Part shown: one piece after another, positions 47,758-58,994 of the stretch
Numbering within the stretch: the stretch's first letter is position 1
Layout of the letters: every line of letters starts with the position of its first letter
DNA from: Candidatus Euphemobacter frigidus
GTDB lineage: Bacteria; Auribacterota; Erginobacteria; Erginobacterales; Erginobacteraceae
Length of the DNA stretch: 64,000 bases
NCBI GenBank assembly: GCA_030765805.1
Contig: JAVCDH010000091.1
Span: forward strand, 19,047-83,046
Reading direction: 5' to 3'
Translations under genes and position numbers: made by a program
The notes under the pieces: generated by a model
The model's input: only the letters and a program-made list of their open reading frames with translations
The model's database searches: none
Told to the model about the DNA's origin: nothing

Positions 47758-49449
47758 TTACTTACAAAATGACGGCAGTTCTTCCTTAGCTTTCAAAAAC
47801 ACAAATGAATCAATATATAAACTTCCTCCATGCGGATAAACATATTTAAACTTGACTGATTTAGGTCTGATCAAACCAGGAAACTGAAAACAAGAAAAAT
47901 AACGGCAAGCATTATAACTGTCCCCCTGATATTGTATAACCCGTTTATCAAATATCGAGGCCGCATGATGGTGCCGCTGCTCTTCCGGAACAACCTCCAG
48001 ATGTTGATCGGAAGTGTCTAAACCCGCCTTCAGGGAGAAGACGTACCTATCACCGGATACAGAATCTACCTGAATTTCGGCTACTGATTCTCCCTGGAAA
48101 AAGGAAAGCCCATAACGAGTATAGGAAACAATTCCCAAACCCGAGGCTATAATGGAATCCTCCACATCTATTGTTAACTCGGCGTTCCCGGCCAGGACAA
48201 ACTGTTTATTTATGGCTAAAATATTTTCTCCGAAAATAGTGGTTAACCGATCACTTTGAGTAAATCCTTCTCTTACCCGAGACTTGATTTGGATTGATTG
48301 AATATTTAACCAACAATCCTTGGAACCGATGATTCTCAAAAGCCGATTGTCAGATCTCGAAAAAGCTACCTGGAGATTGTACTTGGTGGGATGCATATCC
48401 CAGGGCAGATCGCGGCAAATTTTCAATTTAACCACTTCGCCCAGGCCTACCTGATCCGGCAAGTTTATTTCTTCCATGATGCTATGGCCGGAGGAAGAAA
48501 TCAATCTTATCATTGCTTTAATCTGGTTGTCTTGAGTAGTGGACCTGGTTGAATATAGCGTAACCCTGAATTGACTATCTTCCGTCCAATTGTTTCTGAC
48601 AAGATCATACCCTCGCAATGATATTTCATTGCTGAAATTGACCGAAGTTTTATACCGCGGGATCAAAGCTCCGGCCTTAACCCGGGCCTGATTTGCTCTG
48701 GATATAGCACCTTTTTGAAGGTATATTCTTTCCAGAGCTTGCCAGCCTCCCAGATGAACCGGTGATTCTTCCACCAGTTTCTCGTAATATGCCTGGGCCC
48801 GCACCAGTTCCCCCAATTTTTCACAGGCCCGGGCTAAATAAAACCGGGTATCTAATCGCGGAGAGTTGTTTTGCAGTGCCTTTTGCAACCGGGATTCAGC
48901 CTCATTATACTTCCCCAGTTGATAGAGGGCTCTCCCCCACCAATAATAGGCCTGGTCCGGGTTTTTTCCTTCCCTCGCTAAATCCTCCGCGATTACAGCT
49001 ACTTTTGACCATTCGTTCCAGTTCTGAAAATATTGAAGCAACTCCTGGCCCAATCTCTGATCACAGCCCGATTTCAGATATGCATTGAATAAAACACGGC
49101 TTACTTGACTTCTGAAACCCAATTTTTCGAGCTCTTTCCCAACTCGAAACAAGTCCCCGGGATCCAGATTAAACCATACCCGGTAATAATTGGGTCGATG
49201 CCAGGCAGCCAGAGCTAATTCATGCTGAGAGGCTTCCAGTTGATCATTTTGCTCTAAATAAACTGATTTGGTGTAATGCCAACCAAATCCGAAATAATCA
49301 TAGATAAACTCAAAAGGATGGGGTAAACCGGTCCTTAGTAACGGTGGTTGGTATGTCAAATAACTGATAAGAAGAATTGCTCCTAGGGCGACAATCAACA
49401 GGAAAAAAATATATCTTCTCCTACCCAGCTTTTTTTCCCGTGATTTCAT
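47758..49449 (-). CDS. Membrane-anchored TPR protein with beta-rich C-terminal domains
   Basis: N-terminal TM helix, TPRs (YYWWGRALYQLG, FYLARACEKLG); start moved to ATG 49449. Confidence 0.6.
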   Translation of the reverse strand: MKSREKKLGRRRYIFFLLIVALGAILLISYLTYQPPLLRTGLPHPFEFIYDYFGFGWHYTKSVYLEQNDQLEASQHELALAAWHRPNYYRVWFNLDPGDLFRVGKELEKLGFRSQVSRVLFNAYLKSGCDQRLGQELLQYFQNWNEWSKVAVIAEDLAREGKNPDQAYYWWGRALYQLGKYNEAESRLQKALQNNSPRLDTRFYLARACEKLGELVRAQAYYEKLVEESPVHLGGWQALERIYLQKGAISRANQARVKAGALIPRYKTSVNFSNEISLRGYDLVRNNWTEDSQFRVTLYSTRSTTQDNQIKAMIRLISSSGHSIMEEINLPDQVGLGEVVKLKICRDLPWDMHPTKYNLQVAFSRSDNRLLRIIGSKDCWLNIQSIQIKSRVREGFTQSDRLTTIFGENILAINKQFVLAGNAELTIDVEDSIIASGLGIVSYTRYGLSFFQGESVAEIQVDSVSGDRYVFSLKAGLDTSDQHLEVVPEEQRHHHAASIFDKRVIQYQGDSYNACRYFSCFQFPGLIRPKSVKFKYVYPHGGSLYIDSFVFLKAKEELPSFCK

Positions 49450-50470
49450 ATCGCCCTTCAGAACATATATTGCAAATAGAAATACTTCTCCTGTTTTTTC
49501 TGATTTGTTTCCTGAACATTTGATACTTATTATTTTTCCATATAGAACCCAAGTTCTCTTCAAACACATTGCCCATAATATAACGGGAATAAAGGTCGTA
49601 GCAGCAGGGAATGACACTCCCATCTGAATTGATTACTGTCCGCTGATATACCCATTTGCAATAGTTCTTGATTTTTCCTTTGAGAGTATAGGTTCCATCC
49701 GGCTTCAACCGGTAACGACTCAAGGATAAATCAGTTGGCAAAAATTTTTCCGCCTGTTTCTGAAATTCAGGATCATTGGCATCGATACCCGCTGTTTTTT
49801 CGGAGTATATATCTATCCCTAATTGGTGGGATAAATTTTTTATATGACTTCGCTGATGCTCATTCTGTTTCATTATTATAAACTGCAACTCAAGAACCGG
49901 GGTTTTTGTCTTTAATTTCCGCTTAGCTGCAACTATCAATTGTATGCCCTTGATAATCTTCTCAAAATTGCTATTCTTCCTGTAAATGCTTAATGTCTCT
50001 TGATCAGCCCCATCCAGACAAATAATCAAGTGATGAAGTCCACTCTTAACAACCCTGATTGCGAAATCTGAAGAATCAAAGAACTCACCGTTGGTGCTGG
50101 TTACTACATATATCCCAGAAGAAGTGGCGTATTTTATCATTCTCAGACACTCGGGGTTGATAAAAGGTTCCCCATAATTCCAGAGTACAATATTTTCAAT
50201 GTATTTACGGGATTGATCAACTATATGTTTAAACTCCTGAAATTTCAATAAACGGGGAGGACGGTTAAGTTTGCCCGCTCCGGTTGGACAGGTGGGACAT
50301 TGCAAATTGCAAATATTGGCGGGCTCTATCATTAAAGATATGGGAAACGGAGGAAGAAGATGCTTGAATCCCGCTATTCTCAATAACTGATATAATACCA
50401 CCATAATCTTACCTTGCTTGATCTGGCTCAAGGCTCTTTTAAATAATAATAATTTGATCCTTTTAGACAT
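49421..50470 (-). CDS. Radical SAM protein with SPASM/twitch domain
   Basis: CNLQCPTC, GEP, TNG; C-terminal C...G.V.PCC....G......W.....C..C. Confidence 0.9.
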   Translation of the reverse strand: MSKRIKLLLFKRALSQIKQGKIMVVLYQLLRIAGFKHLLPPFPISLMIEPANICNLQCPTCPTGAGKLNRPPRLLKFQEFKHIVDQSRKYIENIVLWNYGEPFINPECLRMIKYATSSGIYVVTSTNGEFFDSSDFAIRVVKSGLHHLIICLDGADQETLSIYRKNSNFEKIIKGIQLIVAAKRKLKTKTPVLELQFIIMKQNEHQRSHIKNLSHQLGIDIYSEKTAGIDANDPEFQKQAEKFLPTDLSLSRYRLKPDGTYTLKGKIKNYCKWVYQRTVINSDGSVIPCCYDLYSRYIMGNVFEENLGSIWKNNKYQMFRKQIRKNRRSISICNICSEGRYEITGKKAG

Positions 50471-51551
50471 TTTTAAATAGCCTTTCGTAGGCATCAGTTA
50501 CCTTATCCCAGGTATAATATTTCGCGATTCTTTCCTTGGCTTTTTCTCCATATTCTTTAACTATAGAAGGGTTATCAATAAGATATTGCAACTTTGTTTT
50601 CAGGTCATTTTTATCTTTTAACCGGAACAGCATGCAAGCAGAACCGGCAGTCTCCCGGTTCTGCGGATTATCGCTGACCAACACGCATTTCCCATAGCCC
50701 ATTGCCTCCAATAATGCTGGATGAGTTCCTCCTACCTCACTGGCGCGAACACTGAAATAGCAGTCGTCAAGAAGCTGGCGGTAATCTTCCCCATAGATAG
50801 CCCCTAAGAACAAAATCCGATTATCCTGGATCTCTTTCAATTTATCTATATACTTTTTCCCATACGGCGCATCCCCAAGAAAAACTAGTTTAAGATCGGT
50901 TTTCAAATTGATAAATGCTTTCTGAACCAGGTGCGCGTTATTTTCCGGTTCCAGGCGTCCAACAAAAAGTATATATCGATTTTTTTCCAGCTTGTATTTG
51001 TTTACTTTACCATCCCGGACCACTTCTCCCAGATCGCCTCCGTAAGCGATGTATGTTGATGCTTTGTTGTACCGGTCTCGGTAATACTTCTGAATGAATA
51101 AAGAATCGGAAACAATAGCATCAGGTAAAAAAGTGACCAACCATTCCGATATCATATATACCAATTTGCCCAGTCGATTCCATTTTTTTCGCTGCCTCTC
51201 CAGACCATCCACGTTTATAATCACTTTCTGTCCTCGTAATCTGGGAATAAAACTGCACAAAGCATTTACTCCATTACAAATTAAAACAATCTGATAATCA
51301 TGAAACAGACAATGAAATATTGAAATAAATGTATGAACGACCGTATCCAGATATTTATGCTTGATCGTAGGAAGAACTATTAACCGAACTCCCTTATATT
51401 CCTTGAGACGGCTGGAGATATAATGAGAACGGCAATAAACAGTGACCTGATGCCCCCGATCTACCAGCCGAACAGCCAGCTGTTCGGCGAAAGTTTCAAA
51501 TCCCCCATAATTAGACGGGATTCCTCTAGTTCCCAGAATTGCTATTTTCAT
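50463..51551 (-). CDS. Glycosyltransferase family 4 (DUF1972-type)
   Basis: GTRGIP..YGGFET, DGLE..R.KW, R.EPENN, GGTHPALLEAM. Confidence 0.9.
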   Translation of the reverse strand: MKIAILGTRGIPSNYGGFETFAEQLAVRLVDRGHQVTVYCRSHYISSRLKEYKGVRLIVLPTIKHKYLDTVVHTFISIFHCLFHDYQIVLICNGVNALCSFIPRLRGQKVIINVDGLERQRKKWNRLGKLVYMISEWLVTFLPDAIVSDSLFIQKYYRDRYNKASTYIAYGGDLGEVVRDGKVNKYKLEKNRYILFVGRLEPENNAHLVQKAFINLKTDLKLVFLGDAPYGKKYIDKLKEIQDNRILFLGAIYGEDYRQLLDDCYFSVRASEVGGTHPALLEAMGYGKCVLVSDNPQNRETAGSACMLFRLKDKNDLKTKLQYLIDNPSIVKEYGEKAKERIAKYYTWDKVTDAYERLFKNV

Positions 51552-52764
51552 CTTTTTTTAATGCACCGAAAATAAGATCTATCATTAACTCCGCCTTGTT
51601 TTTCCAAGAGCAGTTCTCCGGCAGTTGTTCTCTTAATCTGTCAGGCGATAATCTTTTGGTTTCAATCAGTTGCAGATATTTTTTGATTCCAGCTAAAAAT
51701 TTTTCGGAATCGGAAGCTATCTGTATAACATCTTGGAATTTTTTTGCCCCGGTAATATTACTGGTAACCACCGGCTTTCCGGCAGCCAGATACTCATACA
51801 TTTTTAAAGAATCCCCTTTAATAACATATTTATCTTCATAATGAGGTATAATTCCAATATCGAAATTAGCCAGATAGAAAGGCAATAAACTATATGGTTT
51901 ATCGCCCAAATAATAAAAATTGGGTAATTTAAATAGTGGAACTATCCATTTTTGATTAATTGCCTGCCCAATAAAAACGAAACTAACGTGCTTTAATTTG
52001 CGGCAAAGAAAGGAAATTAATTCGATATTAAGCCGTTTGCTCATTTTTCCCACATAACCAACAACCGGTTTTTTAATAGCTTTCATATCTTCCGGCAATG
52101 GGGAAGAATCAAGCTGGAAAAAGTCTTTATCTACACCGTTGTTAATTAGGACCGGCTTATCTTTATTCCGGGTTAAGAAATCTTTCATCGGTTCCGAATT
52201 TACAAAGATTAAATCAGCCCGTTCTTTGATTGTTGTATAACCTTTTTTTATAAACTCTCGCCGATCTCTGATTTCCGGGTGAAGAAGCCAATTATCAATG
52301 GCGTCGAAAACAATTAATTTTTCCCCTAATTGTCCGATCACCGGTGTTGCCATCGGGGTCCATAGGAACAGGATTGGAGATACCATATCCAGTTCTTTCA
52401 TAGCTCTTTTTGCTATAGAAAGAATTGACTTGCGGGTAAAGATAAAATGCCACCAATCCCTTCCCATAAAAACAGGTGATAATATACGGGGTGAAAATAT
52501 ATCCAGAACATAGGTTTTTGTAGCGACTTTCCCCAATCTAGAAAAGAAACCAATTTTCCTGGAACTAAGAACGTTCTTCACTTTCCAAGATTTTTTTTTC
52601 AATACCATTTCCGGCAAACTAGTGGGACGGTTAATTACTAATATTTTACCTGTCCGGGCACTCTTCTCAAATGCCTTCATCAGGTGACCATCCCGAGTTC
52701 GAAAGCTTTCTTCCTCACCTTTCTTCCAATCATGCATGGGAAAAATAATAAGATCGATCTTCAC
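51526..52764 (-). CDS. GT-B glycosyltransferase (TuaH-like)
   Basis: FDAIDNW, NGVD, GYVG, K.YEYLAAGKPVV. Confidence 0.85.
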   Translation of the reverse strand: MKIDLIIFPMHDWKKGEEESFRTRDGHLMKAFEKSARTGKILVINRPTSLPEMVLKKKSWKVKNVLSSRKIGFFSRLGKVATKTYVLDIFSPRILSPVFMGRDWWHFIFTRKSILSIAKRAMKELDMVSPILFLWTPMATPVIGQLGEKLIVFDAIDNWLLHPEIRDRREFIKKGYTTIKERADLIFVNSEPMKDFLTRNKDKPVLINNGVDKDFFQLDSSPLPEDMKAIKKPVVGYVGKMSKRLNIELISFLCRKLKHVSFVFIGQAINQKWIVPLFKLPNFYYLGDKPYSLLPFYLANFDIGIIPHYEDKYVIKGDSLKMYEYLAAGKPVVTSNITGAKKFQDVIQIASDSEKFLAGIKKYLQLIETKRLSPDRLREQLPENCSWKNKAELMIDLIFGALKKDENSNSGN

Positions 52765-52784
52765 AATAAAACTATCCTTTATCC

Positions 52785-54251
52785 TTATATTCCTGTGCCG
52801 GCCCTATCTTGAGATGTGGAATAAATCCTAATGAAAGCACCCATAAAAAACCAGATAATAAAGCTGATGGGGAAAGCCTCTATAGCAGATCCAACCATTC
52901 CGTTAATTAGAATTACTCCCACCATGGATATGGAGAGGGCTGATAAATTTTGGATACGGATTTCCCGAAAGTGCAAGGCGCGATAGGCTATTCCCAGCCA
53001 GCCGAAAAAAAACACACAATAAAAAAATAATCCCGGAATACCTGTTTCCATTAAAATTTTTAGGGCTAAATTATGACTGGTATAATGCAATGGAAAATCA
53101 TAGATATACTGTAATGTATCGCCCGCGCTCCCCATACCATAACCTCTAATTGGTTGCTTTTGAACAGCCTGTATAATACCTTGCCATCCCTCAATCCGAT
53201 TTAAGAACCTCCGATCTTCTTTTAGGGCAACCAATGAAGTTATTGATCGGGATAGAGGCTTGAGATTACTAGCGGAAATTACAATAACTATTGCAACTAA
53301 CAGGATAAACATCGCACTGTACTTAAATAATTTCTTTTTACTGTAACCCTTTCCGTAAGCAAGGTACAAAAACATAAAAACAACAACTGAGCCAACTAAA
53401 GCCACCAGATTTGTTCTACTCATAGCTAGTAGGGAACCCATTACCGGAAGAGGAATTAGAAAGATATAGTATCTTTTCTGAGTTTCCAAAAACAAATAAA
53501 TGAAGCATAAGACTATAAGAATACAGAGCATTGCATAGTGAAACGGCCCGGAAAAAAGACCTATTGGGCGGTTCCAGCCATAGATTGTATAGGTCCAAAT
53601 ATTGCTCCAGTTCAGATCAACCATTCGCTGATCAAACAGAGACATATGGAAAGCCTGCTTTATGCCGTAAAGAATGATGGGGAGCGAAAACCAGGTAAAA
53701 ATTTTAATCGCTTTTTGGAATTGTTCTGTAGTACGAATATAATGAAGGCCGATAAATACCCCTATCATATAAAATGATGTTTTTCTGAATCCTTCCAGGC
53801 CGGCGGTAAAGACCGGAACATTAGGATTAAATAATTGGAGTAAACTTATCCCAAGGAAAATCAATAGAGATGATTCTATTATCAAAGAATAAATGGGTAA
53901 TTTGCGTTTGATACAAGCTTCGATATAAATCTTCAAAAAGAGAAGCAAGATAAACAAATCTATACCCATCAATACATATCTGTTCCCGGTAAGGTACTTG
54001 AGTAGATTTCCGTAAAGAATAATTATAAAAAGGGGGAGAACCGGTGGATATCGGAATGGGCGAGAAAAAATAATGGTCATTAATAGTATTCCGGCAATCA
54101 GACCTATATTTACAATCGGCAAAAGAAAGCATGAAATTACTCCCACCGCAACCAGAACAGAAAAACATATTAAGGTATTCCGGTTTAAAAAAAGATTCTT
54201 TTGTTGTCTGGAATTTAGCATTGCCGACATAGAAAAATAAACTGATAGCAA
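52785..54251 (-). CDS. O-antigen polymerase/ligase (Wzy/WaaL) family protein
   Basis: Multiple TM helices, SRT, R...W, PI.GYG.G, HN..L..L.E.GI.G; start uncertain. Confidence 0.82.
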   Translation of the reverse strand: MLSVYFSMSAMLNSRQQKNLFLNRNTLICFSVLVAVGVISCFLLPIVNIGLIAGILLMTIIFSRPFRYPPVLPLFIIILYGNLLKYLTGNRYVLMGIDLFILLLFLKIYIEACIKRKLPIYSLIIESSLLIFLGISLLQLFNPNVPVFTAGLEGFRKTSFYMIGVFIGLHYIRTTEQFQKAIKIFTWFSLPIILYGIKQAFHMSLFDQRMVDLNWSNIWTYTIYGWNRPIGLFSGPFHYAMLCILIVLCFIYLFLETQKRYYIFLIPLPVMGSLLAMSRTNLVALVGSVVVFMFLYLAYGKGYSKKKLFKYSAMFILLVAIVIVISASNLKPLSRSITSLVALKEDRRFLNRIEGWQGIIQAVQKQPIRGYGMGSAGDTLQYIYDFPLHYTSHNLALKILMETGIPGLFFYCVFFFGWLGIAYRALHFREIRIQNLSALSISMVGVILINGMVGSAIEAFPISFIIWFFMGAFIRIYSTSQDRAGTGI

Positions 54252-54916
54252 TAGTATAATGGCAAAAAATGATCGATCAAGTTAAGCCCTATGGCCTTAG
54301 CCGTTTGTACGGGAGAAAGAGATAAAAACTTTCTTTCTTTTCCTTTATTAAACCAATTTTCCGAGTGAATCGCAGTAATCACCAGGCCTTCTTTTCTCAG
54401 GAGTTGTTTCCATTCCTCAAGAGAAAGCAGATGTTCATTGATTTCCTGTTGTTCAGTCCCGGAGAATCTTCTTAACTTAAAATATAAGAAGTTTCGATTG
54501 GGAACCATAATAAAGAAAAGAGCATCCTGTGCGGCCACGCGCTTTATATCCTGGAGACTTTTTTCCATATTGAGAAAATGTTCCAGCGTGCCGAGACAAA
54601 AAATATAATCGAAGTAATTATCCTTAAAAGGAAGATTCTCCCCCTGGCTAACTAAAAATACTGTTTCTGGGGAAACCACCTGAGCGATCTTGATTGCTTC
54701 TAATGATATATCAATCCCAAAAGTTATAAGCTTTCTCTGAATCGAAGCTTTAGCCATATGCCCGGTGCCACAGCCGATATCCAAGAGTTTCTGGCCGGGC
54801 TTTACCGGTAAATAATTAAGAAAATGCGGATAAGTGTGGTAAGGACGAAAAAGATCTTCTCCTGAGGTACGGTACTTATGATTATACCAATCTTTAATTT
54901 GTTTCACTGTTGTCAT
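54215..54916 (-). CDS. Class I SAM-dependent methyltransferase
   Basis: LLDIGCGTG, GIDIS, LPF.DN.FD, LEH, VPN. Confidence 0.9.
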   Translation of the reverse strand: MTTVKQIKDWYNHKYRTSGEDLFRPYHTYPHFLNYLPVKPGQKLLDIGCGTGHMAKASIQRKLITFGIDISLEAIKIAQVVSPETVFLVSQGENLPFKDNYFDYIFCLGTLEHFLNMEKSLQDIKRVAAQDALFFIMVPNRNFLYFKLRRFSGTEQQEINEHLLSLEEWKQLLRKEGLVITAIHSENWFNKGKERKFLSLSPVQTAKAIGLNLIDHFLPLYYCYQFIFLCRQC

Positions 54917-55004
54917 AATAAGAAGATTGCATTAACAACAAATTTAAGCTGTAATAATCTCATCCTCTACAAGCATTTTCATATATTAAATCGAGAATAC
55001 TAAT

Positions 55005-56564
55005 ATGCAAGCAGAAAAAAATCAGTCGGATAGTACTCAACTGCCAATTGAAACCCTGAGTAAAGTTGCTAAAAACGCAGGGAGCGGCGCCGGCGGGAAG
55101 CTTTTATTTTATTTATTCAACTACCTGGCAATCCTTCTCATCACCAGAGCAATAGGGGCTTCTAATTATGGATTGGTGGTCCTGGCTTATAGTATGGTTG
55201 TTGTGGTGGCAATGGCGGGTTCTCTTGGTTTAAATGAAGGAATTGTCCGTTATGGATCTTTTTACTATGGAAAAAGAGAACTAAAAAAAGTTAAAGGGAC
55301 TTTGATTAGTAGTCTCAGAGTAACTACATTAAGTAGCTTAATTCTAACAGTTTCCCTATTTTTTACCGCAAAATTCTGGGCAGTAAAACTATTTTCGAAA
55401 CCCGAACTCACTCCACTTCTAAAAATTTTTGCCTTAGCAATTATCCCCCTTGTTCTGGAAAGAGTTTTAACAGCCGGGTTGCAGGCCATCCAGCTGATCA
55501 AGTTCAGAATATTTATTGAATACATTATTCGCCCACTACTACTTTTTGTTTCTATCCTGATCCTGGTAGTAATATTTCCTTTGGGAATCAACGGAGTAAT
55601 CTCTTCTTATTTAATATCTATTTATCTAGGCTTCTTTTTAGCCATATATTATGCAATTAAATTCCTTCATTCTCTTTCAGAGCAGTCTTATTCTCCCATA
55701 CGGGAATATAGAAAGTTAATGTCCTTCTCCCTTCCCCTTATGGGGGTTGGTTTTTTAACACTTGTAATCGAGCGGATAGATATTTTCATGCTGGGTTATT
55801 TCAAATCAACCGGAGTAGTAGGCATTTACGGAGCAGCAGCTCGAGCAGCCTTTCTCGTCCTTTTACCATTCAACTCTTTTGCCATTATATTCCTTCCCCT
55901 TGTAGCTGCCTACCACGGACAGCAAAGAGATAAAAAAATTATTCTGCTTTTTAAAACAGTCACAAAAGAAATTACCACTTTCAGTCTGCCTCTCTGGCTA
56001 TTTTTTTGTCTTTTCTCACAAGAAATAATGATGTTTTTTGGGCGCGGATTTTCAACTGGTAGTTTATGCTTGTTAATTCTTTCATCAGGATGGATGTTCC
56101 AAAATTTTACCGGACCGGCAAACGGATTAATAATGATGACCGGCCATTCCCGAATCAATCTGATTAACTATATTATAATAATTGTCTTCAATTTTGTATT
56201 AAACTTATTCCTGATACCTAAATACGGCATTACCGGAGCTGCTTTAGCTACCGCCTGTTCAATGTTCCTAATAGGCCTGGTCAGAACAATTGAAGTATAC
56301 TTAATTTTCAAGACCCATGCTTACCGGAGAGATAGCTATAAACCTTTTCTGGCAATTATAATTGTCGGCATCATAATCTTTTTTCTCAAAGCGGGACTCG
56401 TAATGCTAAAAACCTCCATCTGGTTACAACTAATCTGCTGTTCTTTCGGATTGCTGACGGTTTACTTCAGCCTCTTGTTTCTCTTAAAATTGTCTTATGA
56501 TGATTTAATTATTATAGGCTTAATCAAGAAAAAAATTTCATCTCTCATTCCCGGTCATCGTTAG
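55005..56564 (+). CDS. Wzx-type polysaccharide flippase
   Basis: About 13 TM helices, R..G...YG, D.FMLG.F.....VG.Y, LIPKYGITGAA.AT. Confidence 0.9.
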   Translation: MQAEKNQSDSTQLPIETLSKVAKNAGSGAGGKLLFYLFNYLAILLITRAIGASNYGLVVLAYSMVVVVAMAGSLGLNEGIVRYGSFYYGKRELKKVKGTLISSLRVTTLSSLILTVSLFFTAKFWAVKLFSKPELTPLLKIFALAIIPLVLERVLTAGLQAIQLIKFRIFIEYIIRPLLLFVSILILVVIFPLGINGVISSYLISIYLGFFLAIYYAIKFLHSLSEQSYSPIREYRKLMSFSLPLMGVGFLTLVIERIDIFMLGYFKSTGVVGIYGAAARAAFLVLLPFNSFAIIFLPLVAAYHGQQRDKKIILLFKTVTKEITTFSLPLWLFFCLFSQEIMMFFGRGFSTGSLCLLILSSGWMFQNFTGPANGLIMMTGHSRINLINYIIIIVFNFVLNLFLIPKYGITGAALATACSMFLIGLVRTIEVYLIFKTHAYRRDSYKPFLAIIIVGIIIFFLKAGLVMLKTSIWLQLICCSFGLLTVYFSLLFLLKLSYDDLIIIGLIKKKISSLIPGHR

Positions 56565-56592
56565 CCTTTAATAATTTGTCTTCCCAAAAAAT

Positions 56593-56621
56593 TTGACAAA
56601 TTATAAGCATTGTACTATTAT
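56593..56621 (+). promoter_or_regulatory. Sigma-70 promoter upstream of the wzz-like gene
   Basis: TTGACA-17 nt-TATTAT. Confidence 0.6.
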
Positions 56622-56662
56622 TACCCGTTGATTATGATTAATTAAAATAATGTCGCATCAAG

Positions 56663-57646
56663 GTGAGTAAAATTATGAATGATAACGTGCCCGATCTAAA
56701 AACATATCTTAGAATCATAGTACGCTACAAAAGATTTATCATCTGGGGTTCAATAATCTGCGCCCTGGCAGCGGGAATAGTTAGTTTTATAATGCCTCAG
56801 ACTTACCAATCATCATTGCTTCTGGAGATTGGGAAAATTTATCTTCCGCCCAGGGATATGACCAAACAGGAAACGGAATTTATAGAAGAACCGAAATCGG
56901 CCGCACATGTTATCGAGAGTGAAGCAGTACTAAACAAAGTTTCGGCTGAGTTAAATTTGGATATTCCTTTAAGAAAACTCCGGAAAAAAATCGAAGTGGA
57001 AACTTTTAACGATGTTATGTCCACCTCCCAAAAAGAGGGGTCTCCCCTTGTGAAAATTATCTGTGAAGCCTCGGAGCCCCAGGAAACAGTCGATGTTTTA
57101 ACTCTTCTGGCATCTACTATCGTTGATCAGCATAAGATGCGTTATCAATCCAATCAGCAGTCTTTAAAAAATCTGGTTATGATTTATAATGAAAAAATAG
57201 CTTCAATGCAAAAAGTTGTTTCAACACAACAGAAATATCGTCAACAAATTCAATTAAATATAGATAAGACCGATAAAACCGCGGATAAATTCAGCATCGA
57301 TTTAAGCGAATTGGATTCATCCAAGATTTCTCCAATTGAGTTTCTTTTCTTACAGTCATCTTCCTCCGCTCAGAGGAAGAGCGTTAATGATTTGAGGGAA
57401 ATTATTGCTGAATTAGATACCTTAATTGGAGAAAACCAGGAAAAAATCGGAGATTACAAGGATGAAATAGTGAATCTTGAAAGCCTGAATAAGCTATCTA
57501 CTCCAACGAGGATCCGAAGTCCGGCAATACTGCCGGACCATGCAACCAGCCCGAATAAGTTACTAAACATAATAATCGCCGGGCTCCTGGGATTAATCCT
57601 TACTATTTTGATCTCCTTTTTCCACGTGTACTGGACAGGCGAGTAG
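56663..57646 (+). CDS. Wzz-type chain-length determinant (polysaccharide co-polymerase)
   Basis: N-terminal TM with P..Y.S, coiled coil, P...SPN...TM with GLLG. Confidence 0.82.
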   Translation: MSKIMNDNVPDLKTYLRIIVRYKRFIIWGSIICALAAGIVSFIMPQTYQSSLLLEIGKIYLPPRDMTKQETEFIEEPKSAAHVIESEAVLNKVSAELNLDIPLRKLRKKIEVETFNDVMSTSQKEGSPLVKIICEASEPQETVDVLTLLASTIVDQHKMRYQSNQQSLKNLVMIYNEKIASMQKVVSTQQKYRQQIQLNIDKTDKTADKFSIDLSELDSSKISPIEFLFLQSSSSAQRKSVNDLREIIAELDTLIGENQEKIGDYKDEIVNLESLNKLSTPTRIRSPAILPDHATSPNKLLNIIIAGLLGLILTILISFFHVYWTGE

Positions 57647-58799
57647 CGTGGTAATAAAATCGCTCTGTTTTTGCCGGCCATATCTCCATTAGTGCCTTTT
57701 GCCGACCACCCTCTCCAAGTTTTTTTACCAGCTCATCGTCGTCGAGCAGAGATAAAATAGCCTCAGTTAATGCGTGGGGATTATCGGGTTCGACCATCAA
57801 ACCGGTAACCCCATCTTCAACCGCGTCACTGACACCCCCTCCCTTGGCTGCAATAACAGGCTTGGAAAAGAAACCCGCTTCCAGATAGACTATCCCAAAT
57901 CCTTCGATATCACCTATCTTGCTTTCACTTGGCATTACCATCAAACGGCAACGTTGATAACAAGCGTTCAGTAGATATTGACTGACCTGGCCGGTGAAAG
58001 TAACATGGGATTCTATCCTCAGATCATGTACTATTTTTTCAAGATTCTGTCGATAAGGACCATCTCCTACTATTAAATAATGCAATTCAGGATATCTATT
58101 AAGCAGTTTGGGCATAACCTTAATGACCTTTTGATGACCTTTCCTTGCCACCAGACGGCCAGCGGAAAGTAACACCTGCTTCCCGTGCAGACTAAATCTT
58201 CTGTCTAGAATGTCTTTTTCAAGTCTATCTGAAACCAGTAAAGATTGATCTACACCGGGATATATAATCTCAATCCGTTCGCGCGCAACGCCTTTCTTTA
58301 ATAATACATTACCGGTAAAATGTGAAATGGCTATCACCAGATTTGCCCGGCGGAGAACCGGATATAAAACCAGCTCCTTCCAGAGGCTGGCTCTTCCTCG
58401 AGACATAATATCTTTACCATAAGTAATTACTACAAAAGGAACTTTTAGGAAACAAGAGAGACAATGGGCGGCCGGGGAAGAATCAGCGCTACCAGATACT
58501 ACAACAAAGTCACCACCTTTTCGAATTATTTTCCAGGCAATAAAAAATAATATGATGTTGAGAGGTATAAGCATAATTCTGAATAATGTTTTGGAAAGCA
58601 ATAAATAACTTATATCCAAGGCTCCCCGAGTGACCTTTAATAAATTTTTACGATCAAAATCTTCCCAACCGGAGACACGGAATGTAACAACCTCAACTTG
58701 ATCTGCGATCGGTGAGATCAGGCCGTGGATATATCTTTCTATTCCTCCTTCAGTAGGAGGGAAATGAAGGGTTAAAATTAATAATTTTTTTTCTTTCAT
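57603..58799 (-). CDS. Glycosyltransferase family 4 (PimB-like)
   Basis: FPP..GGI, GRLVARKG, EGFGIVYLEA, GG..DAV.DG.TG. Confidence 0.9.
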   Translation of the reverse strand: MKEKKLLILTLHFPPTEGGIERYIHGLISPIADQVEVVTFRVSGWEDFDRKNLLKVTRGALDISYLLLSKTLFRIMLIPLNIILFFIAWKIIRKGGDFVVVSGSADSSPAAHCLSCFLKVPFVVITYGKDIMSRGRASLWKELVLYPVLRRANLVIAISHFTGNVLLKKGVARERIEIIYPGVDQSLLVSDRLEKDILDRRFSLHGKQVLLSAGRLVARKGHQKVIKVMPKLLNRYPELHYLIVGDGPYRQNLEKIVHDLRIESHVTFTGQVSQYLLNACYQRCRLMVMPSESKIGDIEGFGIVYLEAGFFSKPVIAAKGGGVSDAVEDGVTGLMVEPDNPHALTEAILSLLDDDELVKKLGEGGRQKALMEIWPAKTERFYYHATRLSSTRGKRRSK

Positions 58800-58994
58800 G
58801 ATAATATTATATAGCTTCTTCTTGCCTACTTGTATCACAAAATATTAAAAAATTTGTATTGATTTTTAAAATAAACAATTCTACATTGCAAATAGAGCTA
58901 ATTTTATACTTCTTTCAAGATCTATTCTAAACAGGCCTAATCCCTTAAATAAACCCTTATGCGACAAATTTTGGAGATAATTTCTTATCAGTCA